From: a virus
Taxonomy: Duplodnaviria; Caudoviricetes
DNA length: 59,621 bases
Reading direction: 5' to 3' (one strand)
IMG/VR virus record: IMGVR_UViG_3300049926_000063
Location: 1-59,621 of that record
The notes under the pieces are model-generated. The model was given only the letters and a program-made list of their open reading frames with translations. It did no database searches and was not told the origin of the DNA. Numbering within the stretch: the stretch's first letter is position 1; each line of letters begins with the position of its first letter. The position numbers were made by a program, and so were the translations under genes. This document shows, one piece after another, positions 27,083 through 35,601 of the stretch.

Positions 27083-28069
27083 ATGACCGACCGCGACGCC
27101 CTACTTATGGCAATCGTTATGCAGCCTTACGAGGATTTGCCGAGGCTGATGTATGCAGATTGGCTGGAAGAGAATAGCGACTCTGAGCGGGCAGCGTTCA
27201 TCCGCGTGCAGTGTGAGTTGGCGAGATGCGAGCGGTGCGGTGGAGATGGACTCGCCCACGGATCAGACAGGCCATTCGAGTGGAATGACCACGCCGATTA
27301 CGGCAAGTGCGTAGTTTGTTGGGCGATTCGTGGGCAGGCCGGAAAGCTTCTCAATAGCAACTTCTGTTCGTGGGTTCCGCTATCGTGGCATCAAGGGTCG
27401 GGGGTTGGAATCCGTCGTGCCAGCGATTTCGCATGTGAGTTCACCGGCAGCTTCATTCGGACGGCATCATTCACTTGCGGCCTCATCTCTCACGTCACCT
27501 GCTCGTGGGCCGATTGGCTCGCCCATGCCCCGAAGCTCGTGTGGTGGCCGCCGAGGAAGTGCGAGAAGTGCAAAGGGAGCGGACGGCACAGAACGCCAAC
27601 GGAACGAAGGCAGAACAAGACGCTGACCTGCTCCGCCTGTCACGGTAAGGGCGAGATTCCGGGGGCGACGATGGAGTGCCCGAATTGTCGGGGCAATGGA
27701 CGGCATTTGTATGGCGAGTTTCCTAGCGGAGAATTGAACTACAGCGATTCCATCGACTGCCATATGTGTGTTCGTGGCCGCATCCCCGTCCCCTTCGAAT
27801 CGGTTGCGGCGACAGTACAGCCGATAACGGAGGTCACGCTGACGACGTGGCCGAACGATGTTCCGCCAGGATTGCTCGTATCTGGGACAAGTGCGGAATA
27901 CGTCAGGTGGCTTAGCGAGCAGTGGCCGCCGGTGGAGAAATGGCACCTTCCGACGCAAGGCAACCCGCTACGCATCACCCGCGAGATGGTGGTTGTCTCT
28001 GGTGGTCACATCGCCGCTGGTCAGGCCGTCTACCTCGGTGCGGACGGTCGGGCGCACCCAGTGCGGTGA
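27083..28069 (+). CDS. TIGR02996-domain protein with DnaJ-like CxxCxGxG fingers
   Basis: MTDRDALL.AI...P.EDLPRL.YADWLEE....ERA.FIRVQCELAR; several CxxCxGxG motifs. Confidence 0.9.
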   Translation: MTDRDALLMAIVMQPYEDLPRLMYADWLEENSDSERAAFIRVQCELARCERCGGDGLAHGSDRPFEWNDHADYGKCVVCWAIRGQAGKLLNSNFCSWVPLSWHQGSGVGIRRASDFACEFTGSFIRTASFTCGLISHVTCSWADWLAHAPKLVWWPPRKCEKCKGSGRHRTPTERRQNKTLTCSACHGKGEIPGATMECPNCRGNGRHLYGEFPSGELNYSDSIDCHMCVRGRIPVPFESVAATVQPITEVTLTTWPNDVPPGLLVSGTSAEYVRWLSEQWPPVEKWHLPTQGNPLRITREMVVVSGGHIAAGQAVYLGADGRAHPVR

Positions 28070-28215
28070 AACGAACAAGCCCACCCAGGGATTTTGCCTC
28101 CCCGAGCGGGCTTGGTACATACGCCCCGAGCCGGCGGGCCGTCCGGTCATGAAAGACCCTTCTTCCGCTGGCCTCTCTCACGATCAGCGGGCCGGACCCG
28201 GAGTTTACGGGGGCG

Positions 28216-28632
28216 TTACAATCCGCCGAATAAAGATATTAGTTGCGTTATCAGCGCAAGGATCGCGGGCAGGTTGTCGATGAGCCACTGGAAAACCCCG
28301 CCCCCGCCTGCGCCAGCCATCGGCGTCTTCAACCCCTTCTCGGCCAGGCTCGCCGTCAGGAATTCATCAGTCAACTGATCGTCCACGATCTTGCGGGCTT
28401 TGGCTCGGGGCATCCCCTTTTCGACCAAGCCGGCGATAATGTGTTGCCTGACAAACAACGTCACGACCGGGTGAGACTTCACAGCGGTTGGGGCGGCGAC
28501 GGGCTCGGCAGCGACGGCGGGAACGGCCACGGGAGCCGGGGTTGCCGTGCTCCGATTCCTTCGCAACAGCTGGGCATCGGCGACGGACGCGAGCCCGAGA
28601 CAGAGCACAAGGCCCAACAGGAACTTCTTCAT
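28216..28632 (-). CDS. Signal-peptide protein with C-terminal amphipathic helix
   Basis: MKKFLLGLVLCLGLASVADA; ends WLIDNLPAILALITQLISLF. Confidence 0.75.
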   Translation of the reverse strand: MKKFLLGLVLCLGLASVADAQLLRRNRSTATPAPVAVPAVAAEPVAAPTAVKSHPVVTLFVRQHIIAGLVEKGMPRAKARKIVDDQLTDEFLTASLAEKGLKTPMAGAGGGGVFQWLIDNLPAILALITQLISLFGGL

Positions 28633-28979
28633 GGTGTGAGTGACCTCTGGGAAAGACTCGGGGAAGGTTGCCCGGCGGAACCCACTGCACGCCTTTCCCC
28701 CTCGTGCATCAGCATCCCGCCGGGCGAACTAAATGATTGACGACCCGTGGCGATAGCCGCTATACTTCCAGAGCCTTCGGGTTGGTGTAACCAGAACGAT
28801 CAACAAATCAGCACGCCGAGAGCTGTCGATCCATCAACTCACCCGGATGATAGGGACCGGGAACTCGGAAGAGCCGTGGAGAATCGGGACTCGGCACTGA
28901 AGGCACTGGGCACGAGAAGCATCGCTACTCCGAACCGCATCACGACCCCGACAGCGAAAGTTGTCGGGGTCGCGGTGTT

Positions 28980-29501
28980 TCATGGACACCCGCCCGCACT
29001 TCGCGCCCCGCGATTCTTGAACAGTGGCAGCAGATGCCTTCGCCCGCCCGCGAAGATCCCGCTGCGGCTCGTCGTGGTGACGCTCGCCGTCGTGGTGGTC
29101 GAGGATGCACGCGGCGCGAAGGCTGTTGGGCATCCACCAGCCGGGCAGGATGGGCCCGCAGCGGTCAGGGCGAACGGATTGCTCACGGGATTGCTCACGA
29201 CGACCGTTTGGCCGGGCAGGGCAGTCTTAGGCCACGGAAGGGCCACTCCAGCGTGCGGAGCAGCCTTCCCGAGGTTCTCATCTCCGTGGATGAAGACGCT
29301 GCCATCGATACGGGTGTGGGCATGACTTCCCCTTGGCACCACGACAGCCGTTGCCTCGCGCCGTGGCGTCGGGACGACCTCCGGAGCCGTTGACCACGAC
29401 CAGCCCGAAGATGGCTCCCACGTCCAGTCGGCAAGAGCTCGCTGGGGCGCAAGGCACAGCAAAGCGGCGACAGCGATTGTCGCGAGAACGATTCGACGCA
29501 T
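28980..29501 (-). CDS. Signal-peptide protein with CPxGGCP motif
   Basis: MRRIVLATIAVAALL...ALA. Confidence 0.65.
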   Translation of the reverse strand: MRRIVLATIAVAALLCLAPQRALADWTWEPSSGWSWSTAPEVVPTPRREATAVVVPRGSHAHTRIDGSVFIHGDENLGKAAPHAGVALPWPKTALPGQTVVVSNPVSNPFALTAAGPSCPAGGCPTAFAPRASSTTTTASVTTTSRSGIFAGGRRHLLPLFKNRGARSAGGCP

Positions 29502-29527
29502 GGGGTAAGTACCTCCGTGATGGGGAA

Positions 29528-29977
29528 TCACATCCAACCAAGCCGCTTCGCCGTGAAGCGGAGAATCGAGCGAAGTTCGTCGGAATAGCCGAAACGCTTC
29601 TGGTTGATCTCGATGGATTTCTCAAGGCTTCCATCGGCGTGACGTTCGGTTGCCGCCTTCCAGTCTGCGAGCATTTCGATCAAATCCAGAAGGCTCATCT
29701 CTTGGATGCCGAGAGCGTAATGCTCGGGGTGGTGGCTATTCGCCGCGTAGTGGTGGTTGAGGGCGGGCTTCATGGCCGCGAGAAAGCCCTTGTACTCGTC
29801 GCTCCCGTAGGTGCATCCACGGAGCTTCGCCGTGAATTCCTCGAATACCTCACGCTCGGGGCTCTCCAGTTTGCTCGCATCATGAACTTCGGCACGACGA
29901 ATCAGATCCGTGGCGAGCGTCCCGAGCAGGGCCTGCACGCGGCGAATATGCTTCAGCGTTTCGACTTCAGCGATCAA
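29528..29977 (-). CDS. DUF5662-like HD-domain protein
   Basis: HI..V, HDASK...E, HHY..NSHHPEHY, EMLADW.AA. Confidence 0.82.
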   Translation of the reverse strand: MIAEVETLKHIRRVQALLGTLATDLIRRAEVHDASKLESPEREVFEEFTAKLRGCTYGSDEYKGFLAAMKPALNHHYAANSHHPEHYALGIQEMSLLDLIEMLADWKAATERHADGSLEKSIEINQKRFGYSDELRSILRFTAKRLGWM

Positions 29978-29980
29978 GAG

Positions 29981-30190
29981 TTATTCCTCCGGAGCCATCC
30001 TCGTCGGCCTGAACGCCATCGGGGACACCCCCCGCCATTTGATCTTGCACGCATCACAGACGCCGAATCCGCAGCTTGGGTTCGTCGCTGTGAACCAGTG
30101 CTCTTTCCCCAATCCCAAGCACTTGACCCTTGGCGACCGCTTCGAAGTCGCTCGCGGAACGAACGGCTTCAACACGACTTCTGGGCACAT
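29981..30190 (-). CDS. Small Zn-ribbon protein
   Basis: KCLG...HWF...VCDAC. Confidence 0.5.
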   Translation of the reverse strand: MCPEVVLKPFVPRATSKRSPRVKCLGLGKEHWFTATNPSCGFGVCDACKIKWRGVSPMAFRPTRMAPEE

Positions 30191-30202
30191 GGGCGAGCCC
30201 CC

Positions 30203-30592
30203 TTATCGCTTTCTCTCGGCGTCGCGCTTCGCTGCGTCCGTCGCCGCCCATTTCTTCTGCTCGCTGTCGAGCGACATATCACCCGCGGGCGGCGGATCAG
30301 GGGCGTTCGTGACGACCTTCGGGAAGCCGTCGCTGGTGCGCGATGGGTCGCCGACGTAGTTGGCTTCGCGAGTGGCGAGCCGGGCGTTCAGGTCGGCGGC
30401 TCGTTGTCGCCAGTCATCAATCACGGTCGGCACAATGCCCAGAATCATCTCGTCAACGCGGGCAACGAAATGAGTTATCCGTCGCTGCGACTGTTCGTCC
30501 GGCGCTTCCAGTGGGAGCATCGGCAGCCCCCACAGAATCGCACGAATCCGTTCGCGTTCAGCCAGAGCCACGTCTCGCGCTTCGTTGGTCAT
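30203..30592 (-). CDS. Hypothetical protein
   Basis: ATGA overlap. Confidence 0.5.
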   Translation of the reverse strand: MTNEARDVALAERERIRAILWGLPMLPLEAPDEQSQRRITHFVARVDEMILGIVPTVIDDWRQRAADLNARLATREANYVGDPSRTSDGFPKVVTNAPDPPPAGDMSLDSEQKKWAATDAAKRDAERKR

Positions 30593-32130
30593 GCTGCCAA
30601 CACCGCCTCCCGATCGAATCGACGGCGAGGAACGAGGTGCATCCCCGGACCCGGCGATTTGGCGGACTTCTTCATGGCGTCGATCACGGCGATCACTGCC
30701 TTGATCCCGTCGTCGCTGATCCCAAGGCCAGCCAATTCATCGGCCAGACTCGGTGTCAGCGAGCCGCCGGTGACTTTGATCTTCCAAGGGCCAGCGACGG
30801 TGATGGTTCCTGTGGAAGGGTCAGTGGTCACGGCACCCAGCACGCCCACAGGCGGCTGTGGAGGCACCACGCCGACGCTCACCACGACGCTCGCTGATTC
30901 AGTCGCCGTCTTCACCGTCGCCGTGTAGGTGCCCGCAGCGGCGTAGACGTGGTTCACCGGGTAAACGGTCGTCTGCTGCCCGTCACCGAAGTCCAGCTTG
31001 CCGCCGACGCCATTGCCCTGAACCAAGAACGCCACGGTAAGAGGCGGCTGACCGCTTGAGGGGGTCGCGGTCAGGGTCAGCTTGCCGGGGACAGGTGGGG
31101 GATTCGGGTCGGGCAGCGGCGGCACCGTGCCGTTCACGATCAGCGTCAAATCGGCCTTGAGGTCCGCGACCGTGATGCCGTTGGGCGCGAGGTTGTCGGC
31201 CCCATACCAGTCCACCGCCAACGTCGTGTAAACCTCATCGATCCATTTCTTCGAGGTAAAAGCGGCCCAGAGGATTCGCCGCACACCGCCCCAGGTGGAG
31301 ATCCAGACTCCTTTGTCATCGAAGCCGAATGCCTGCACTTCATGCCCGCCAACGATGCCAGAATTTGTAATCCCCCAGTCCGCGCCGTCATCGCTCTGAT
31401 ACCACGATTGAGGAAGCGACATTCCGACTTCGAGGTTGCCGAAGACGATCAGTGCCGTTTTCACCAAGTCCACGTTCAGGTGATCGACGGCCGCCGCCCC
31501 GTCCGTCTTGTGCCGCACGCCGCCGTAGAGGATGCCCTTGGACTGCTCCAGTTGATTCACCGCCGACATATTGCAGCCGTTGTCGCCGGCCCCGCAGAAG
31601 GCGTGGTAGTTCGTCAGAGCCTCTGAAGTGGTTTGGAGAACTTCCTTGCCCGTGTCGTTCGCCAAGGCAATGCCTACTCTGTGGCCCCGGCTGGAGAGGA
31701 CGCAGCAACCCTGCTGGTCGTTCCCGAGCATCGTCTTGAGGACGTTCGGAGCCTTGACGCCGTAGTTGACCGAAGCCGGTATCGGGGCGGCGCGAAGAGC
31801 AGTATCAACGTGCTTCGTGAGTCGAGGAAAATATCGGGTCTTGCCGTCGGTGCCGACGACCGCCCTGAAGTTGCCGTAGTCGAATTGCTTGATCGGCTTG
31901 GCCCGGCCGAGTTGGAATGGAGGGGCGGCCTTCTTCGGAGCCTCTTGCACACCCACGGGAAACAGCTTGCCCCAATGCTCGCCGAAGTCGCCGACGAACC
32001 GCTCTCGGGGCATGGGAGCTGGAATCGGAACCTCAGCTACCGCCGTCGGTTCAGCGGCAGGCGCGGCCGATAGAAGCCATACCGAAAGCAACGCCACGGC
32101 GCTAAACGAAACACGAATGATCCTCTTCAC
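30589..32130 (-). CDS. Secreted papain-like (C1-type) cysteine peptidase with PKD domain
   Basis: Signal peptide; GNDQQGCCV (Cys), GGHEV (His), STWG; LDFGDG...HVY..AGTYT PKD motif. Confidence 0.82.
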   Translation of the reverse strand: MKRIIRVSFSAVALLSVWLLSAAPAAEPTAVAEVPIPAPMPRERFVGDFGEHWGKLFPVGVQEAPKKAAPPFQLGRAKPIKQFDYGNFRAVVGTDGKTRYFPRLTKHVDTALRAAPIPASVNYGVKAPNVLKTMLGNDQQGCCVLSSRGHRVGIALANDTGKEVLQTTSEALTNYHAFCGAGDNGCNMSAVNQLEQSKGILYGGVRHKTDGAAAVDHLNVDLVKTALIVFGNLEVGMSLPQSWYQSDDGADWGITNSGIVGGHEVQAFGFDDKGVWISTWGGVRRILWAAFTSKKWIDEVYTTLAVDWYGADNLAPNGITVADLKADLTLIVNGTVPPLPDPNPPPVPGKLTLTATPSSGQPPLTVAFLVQGNGVGGKLDFGDGQQTTVYPVNHVYAAAGTYTATVKTATESASVVVSVGVVPPQPPVGVLGAVTTDPSTGTITVAGPWKIKVTGGSLTPSLADELAGLGISDDGIKAVIAVIDAMKKSAKSPGPGMHLVPRRRFDREAVLAA

Positions 32131-32519
32131 GGGAGGAACCTCTCAGTTTGTGGGAAGGGGAGACAACGGGCGAACGATTCAGACGATGACACCGCCGTAG
32201 CTCGTCTCACGATGCAATCGGAGACCAGCGAACCAGAGCCGCCACCCGTCGCACTCGCGGCGGAAGCCAGCCCACCACGGCGGGCAGATGGCGAACGATA
32301 TGCTTGCGTCGTAGTTGTCCGGCGCACCAACTCCCGGACCCCTGCCACGCCGCCAGATGAGACGGAAGAGGCGGTACAGTTTGTTGCCGGCGTCGAGGCG
32401 AAAAACAGTCTTGAGCTTCATGGGATTACCTCGTTTGGGAAGGGGTGACAACTCATTTCGCCCGGACACCCACCGCCCGTCCCCTTCCCAGGACACGAAC
32501 GGCGGGGCCGGGTGACGAA

Positions 32520-32732
32520 TCAAGGAGTGGCAGCCGGAGTATTAGCGACCACCGCTTCGGCAAGTGCGTCTCCGTGGGCCTTCAGGTTGTCGGCGATGGC
32601 CTGGATCGCCACCGGGTCGTTCTTCGCGGCGGCGATCATCGCCGAGAGGCTGCCGAGCAGCTTCGCGGCTGCGTCCTCGGCGTCGGTGTTCTTCGTGGCT
32701 TGGTCGGCCAACTTCTGCAGATCGGGAGTCAT
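32520..32732 (-). CDS. Small Ala-rich helical protein
   Basis: DP.AIQA.AD.L......LA.AV.ANTP pattern. Confidence 0.6.
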   Translation of the reverse strand: MTPDLQKLADQATKNTDAEDAAAKLLGSLSAMIAAAKNDPVAIQAIADNLKAHGDALAEAVVANTPAATP

Positions 32733-32770
32733 GGGAGCAGTCCTCAGAGAAAAGTTCGGGCGATTCGGGG

Positions 32771-32986
32771 TCAAGGCTTCGGAGTCGCGGCAGCCGTCGC
32801 GGCAGCCGTTGCTGCCGCGAGCTTTTCTTGGCTATGCTTCAACTGACCGGTGATGACCTGGATGGCATCGCCGTCCGCTTGGCAGGATCGGGCCTCGATC
32901 AGTTGCAGTCTCAGATCAATGCACTCCAGTTGATGCGACAGGGACCGCACCGCGTGGAGCATCTGGCTTTCGAAGTCGTGCATCAT
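32771..32986 (-). CDS. Small coiled-coil protein
   Basis: ggag RBS. Confidence 0.5.
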   Translation of the reverse strand: MMHDFESQMLHAVRSLSHQLECIDLRLQLIEARSCQADGDAIQVITGQLKHSQEKLAAATAAATAAATPKP

Positions 32987-33214
32987 CGTCTCCCTTTCAC
33001 GGCCTGCCGATTCGGAAGCACCCGCTTGTCGAACCGCTTCCAATAGGGCTCAAGCGAAGGGGGTGGTTTCCGCTTCTTTTTCTTGGGCGTCTCGATCACT
33101 GGTCGGGATCATCCACACCCGGATGCTGCATGAGCACCCGCTCGGCTGCCGCGTGCAGTCGGCATAGGTTCGCGTTCGCTTGCTGGAGCCTGTTCAACAT
33201 GGGATCGCCCTCCC

Positions 33215-33430
33215 CTAAAGCGCCAAGAGGAATCGAATCGCGAAGATCCCAACAACCACCGCCACGAGAACCCAAAGAACCCTCGGAAGCCAAGGCGGAA
33301 TGGTGTACCCGAGGGCCTGCGTCCAGATCAGGTAAAACACGGCCACAACGCCACCGAAGATCAGGAGGCCGATGAGCCACTCCTCGATTCCCCATAGGGC
33401 GATGGGCGGCAAGGCGAATAAGGCGGTCAC
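33215..33430 (-). CDS. Two-TM membrane protein (holin-like candidate)
   Basis: Two long hydrophobic helices in 71 aa. Confidence 0.55.
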   Translation of the reverse strand: MTALFALPPIALWGIEEWLIGLLIFGGVVAVFYLIWTQALGYTIPPWLPRVLWVLVAVVVGIFAIRFLLAL

Positions 33431-33458
33431 GGTTGCACCTTCCGGGGCGATTGGTGTT

Positions 33459-33887
33459 TCATCTCTCCGATCGCGGCGGCTCCGTGTCGCCGGGCTTGTG
33501 TTCGAGCTTCACCTGATCCCGGTCTCGCTGAGCGCTCTGCTCGTCGGCCTTGCCCTTCGCCTCACGAGCATCGCCCATCTTTTCCGTCAGGCCATTAACG
33601 TTGAGCCGCACTTCCTCGATCTGTTCAGCCAAGGAAGTCTGCCCTTTGGCCAAGTTCCCCATGTGGCTCGTACTGGTTGCGAGCGTCGTCTTCACTTCCT
33701 CCGCATGGCCCGCGACCAGTGAAGCGGCTTGCACGACCTTCTCGGCGACTACCGCGCCATCCGCTTTTGTCTCAGCCGCCGCATCCTTGACAGCGTTCTT
33801 CGTCCGCTGGTTCATCCACGCGAGCACAAGCGTCACCACCGCCGCGATGACCGCCTGCCACACAACATCGCTCACGGCGAACAGCAT
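33459..33887 (-). CDS. N-terminal TM plus coiled-coil protein
   Basis: VWQAVIAAVVTLVLAW; VNG..EK motif. Confidence 0.6.
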   Translation of the reverse strand: MLFAVSDVVWQAVIAAVVTLVLAWMNQRTKNAVKDAAAETKADGAVVAEKVVQAASLVAGHAEEVKTTLATSTSHMGNLAKGQTSLAEQIEEVRLNVNGLTEKMGDAREAKGKADEQSAQRDRDQVKLEHKPGDTEPPRSER

Positions 33888-33949
33888 CTGAAAAATCCCC
33901 GCAATCCGTGGCGTGTTCCGAATCGTTTTTGCGATGTACCGGGTAGAGG

Positions 33950-34213
33950 CTACTCAGCGTTCCAGTAAGGCACACCGGAGCTCGCGTTAAACTTGAGGAC
34001 ACTGTTGACCGTGGGAGGAGCAATTTCTCTCCAGATGCCGTCTTCGCAGTAGCCCATCGTTCCGGAGGCTTTTCCGACACACCACTCGGTGCAGTCGCAA
34101 GGAACTGAAGTCGGTGGGCCAGGTGGCGCCGGGTCTCCGAGCAACTTGTTCAGCTGCTCACCGATGGAATCCAGAGTGTGCTTTGCCTTCTTCTTCACTG
34201 GAGCCTTCGCCAT
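33950..34213 (-). CDS. Hypothetical protein
   Basis: MAKAPVKKK start after aggggg RBS. Confidence 0.5.
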   Translation of the reverse strand: MAKAPVKKKAKHTLDSIGEQLNKLLGDPAPPGPPTSVPCDCTEWCVGKASGTMGYCEDGIWREIAPPTVNSVLKFNASSGVPYWNAE

Positions 34214-34625
34214 GACTATTCGCCCCCTGTGTGTCGCCGTTCTGTGCCTTGTACTGGGCTGTGGCCCGACTACCCAAACCCATCGACCCGCCAAGCAAGT
34301 CGGCTGGGTTTCACTCGTCCACGAGTACCGAGACAACCCGAAGAACGCCGACGCCGAGTATCTAGACCAGACCATCCAGATTTACTTGCCCGCACTGGCC
34401 TACCGCGTGGAACCAACCCACATCTCCGCCTACCACGGACTCGACAACACGCCGGGCGCTCTGCTCTTTGAATGCGAGGAACCGTTGCCCTCGAACAACA
34501 AAGCCGCCCTACTCGTTACTGGCCGTTGTTTGGGCTGCACTCGGGACGGCATCGAGAGGGCGAACAAAGTGGTTTTTTTCATTCGTATCGCGGACACGCA
34601 CATCACGGTACTTGCTTCGCCGTGA
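34212..34625 (+). CDS. Lipoprotein with tRNA_anti-like OB fold
   Basis: Lipobox VLG|C; LVHEYRDNPKNADAEYL...VTGRCLG. Confidence 0.7.
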   Translation: MTIRPLCVAVLCLVLGCGPTTQTHRPAKQVGWVSLVHEYRDNPKNADAEYLDQTIQIYLPALAYRVEPTHISAYHGLDNTPGALLFECEEPLPSNNKAALLVTGRCLGCTRDGIERANKVVFFIRIADTHITVLASP

Positions 34626-35106
34626 GCAACTTCTCAATCCTTCCCATCGCGTCGGCGGTCAGCTTCATCTGATCGCCCGCCATTTTCATTTGCTCGAAAG
34701 CCGCCGCCAGCTTGCCCATCATGTCCCGGTTGTCGCGGCTGATCCCTTCCAGGCTGACCCGGTACACGTCGCGGTCGTTCTGCCTGTCTTGGCGGTCCTC
34801 GCGCCTCTGCTCGGCGGAAAGCTGCTCGGCACGAATCACATGGAGCCGGTACTCCTGCCGGTCTTCCTTGGCGTCTGCACGGAGCCACATGAAGGCCATT
34901 GACATCCCGATACAAATCAGCACCATCGCGGTTGTGTTCCCGTAGTCTCGCAGCACGCCTCGCAACCCCATCCCACCGTAGTTTGCGGTTTCTACCGCTG
35001 CTTCCACCGCCGCACCTGCTGCCGTTCCCATCGCTTGATGCAATTTCGTCCCGCTGAGAGGTTCACTCGACATCGCGGCTACTCCAGGGGCGAAAGCATC
35101 GGGCAT
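34603..35106 (-). CDS. Single-TM coiled-coil protein (BhlA/holin-like)
   Basis: TM AMVLICIGMSMAFMWL followed by a charged coiled coil. Confidence 0.55.
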   Translation of the reverse strand: MPDAFAPGVAAMSSEPLSGTKLHQAMGTAAGAAVEAAVETANYGGMGLRGVLRDYGNTTAMVLICIGMSMAFMWLRADAKEDRQEYRLHVIRAEQLSAEQRREDRQDRQNDRDVYRVSLEGISRDNRDMMGKLAAAFEQMKMAGDQMKLTADAMGRIEKLLTAKQVP

Positions 35107-35224
35107 CTCGTTGTCACTCCATTGAACAGGGATGCAAATCGCCTACCGAAGTACGTCCAAGATGCTGCCGTTGTATCACTTTTTGTTACCGATTGCAACG
35201 AAGTTCTACGCAATGTGAAGTCGT

Positions 35225-35246
35225 AAAAAAAGCCGAACCAATCGGC
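35225..35246 (-). terminator. Intrinsic terminator of the morphogenesis operon
   Basis: gccga-ttggt-tcggc plus T7 on the minus strand. Confidence 0.6.
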
Positions 35247-35271
35247 CCGGCGAAGGGAAGAGCAGGTCGTC

Positions 35272-35598
35272 TTAACTCGTCGGCACGACGTTGACCGTGA
35301 GTTGCCCCGCAGCGAGGGGCTTGACGCTGCCCACGTTCGTGCGCCTTAGTGCCCAGTACCATTCGCCACCGAGGTAAGGGGAACCCGTGAGGGTGTCAGT
35401 GTCGGCCTTGCTCAAGAGCATCGTGATCGTGACGGTGGAGATACTCGGGGTAAGAGCAAGGACGTGCGGTGCGCCCGGAGCCGTCGAAATATAAACGGCC
35501 AGCGAATACCCGCTCGCATCCACGGTCCCAACTAACGGCTTTTCGTTGTCGCCGTCGTTGTACGCTTCCCAGATTTGGGATAAGACTGGTTCAGCCAT
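35272..35598 (-). CDS. Small Ig-like (BppU-like) virion protein
   Basis: ITMLLSKADT..L...WYWAL...LAAGQLTV. Confidence 0.55.
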   Translation of the reverse strand: MAEPVLSQIWEAYNDGDNEKPLVGTVDASGYSLAVYISTAPGAPHVLALTPSISTVTITMLLSKADTDTLTGSPYLGGEWYWALRRTNVGSVKPLAAGQLTVNVVPTS

Positions 35599-35601
35599 GA
35601 T

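Noticed and set aside
29333-30928. 531-aa + strand ORF (also 6914-7918, 50026-51093, 58288-59190)
   Set aside because: Antisense shadows of well-supported minus-strand genes in GC-rich DNA; no motifs
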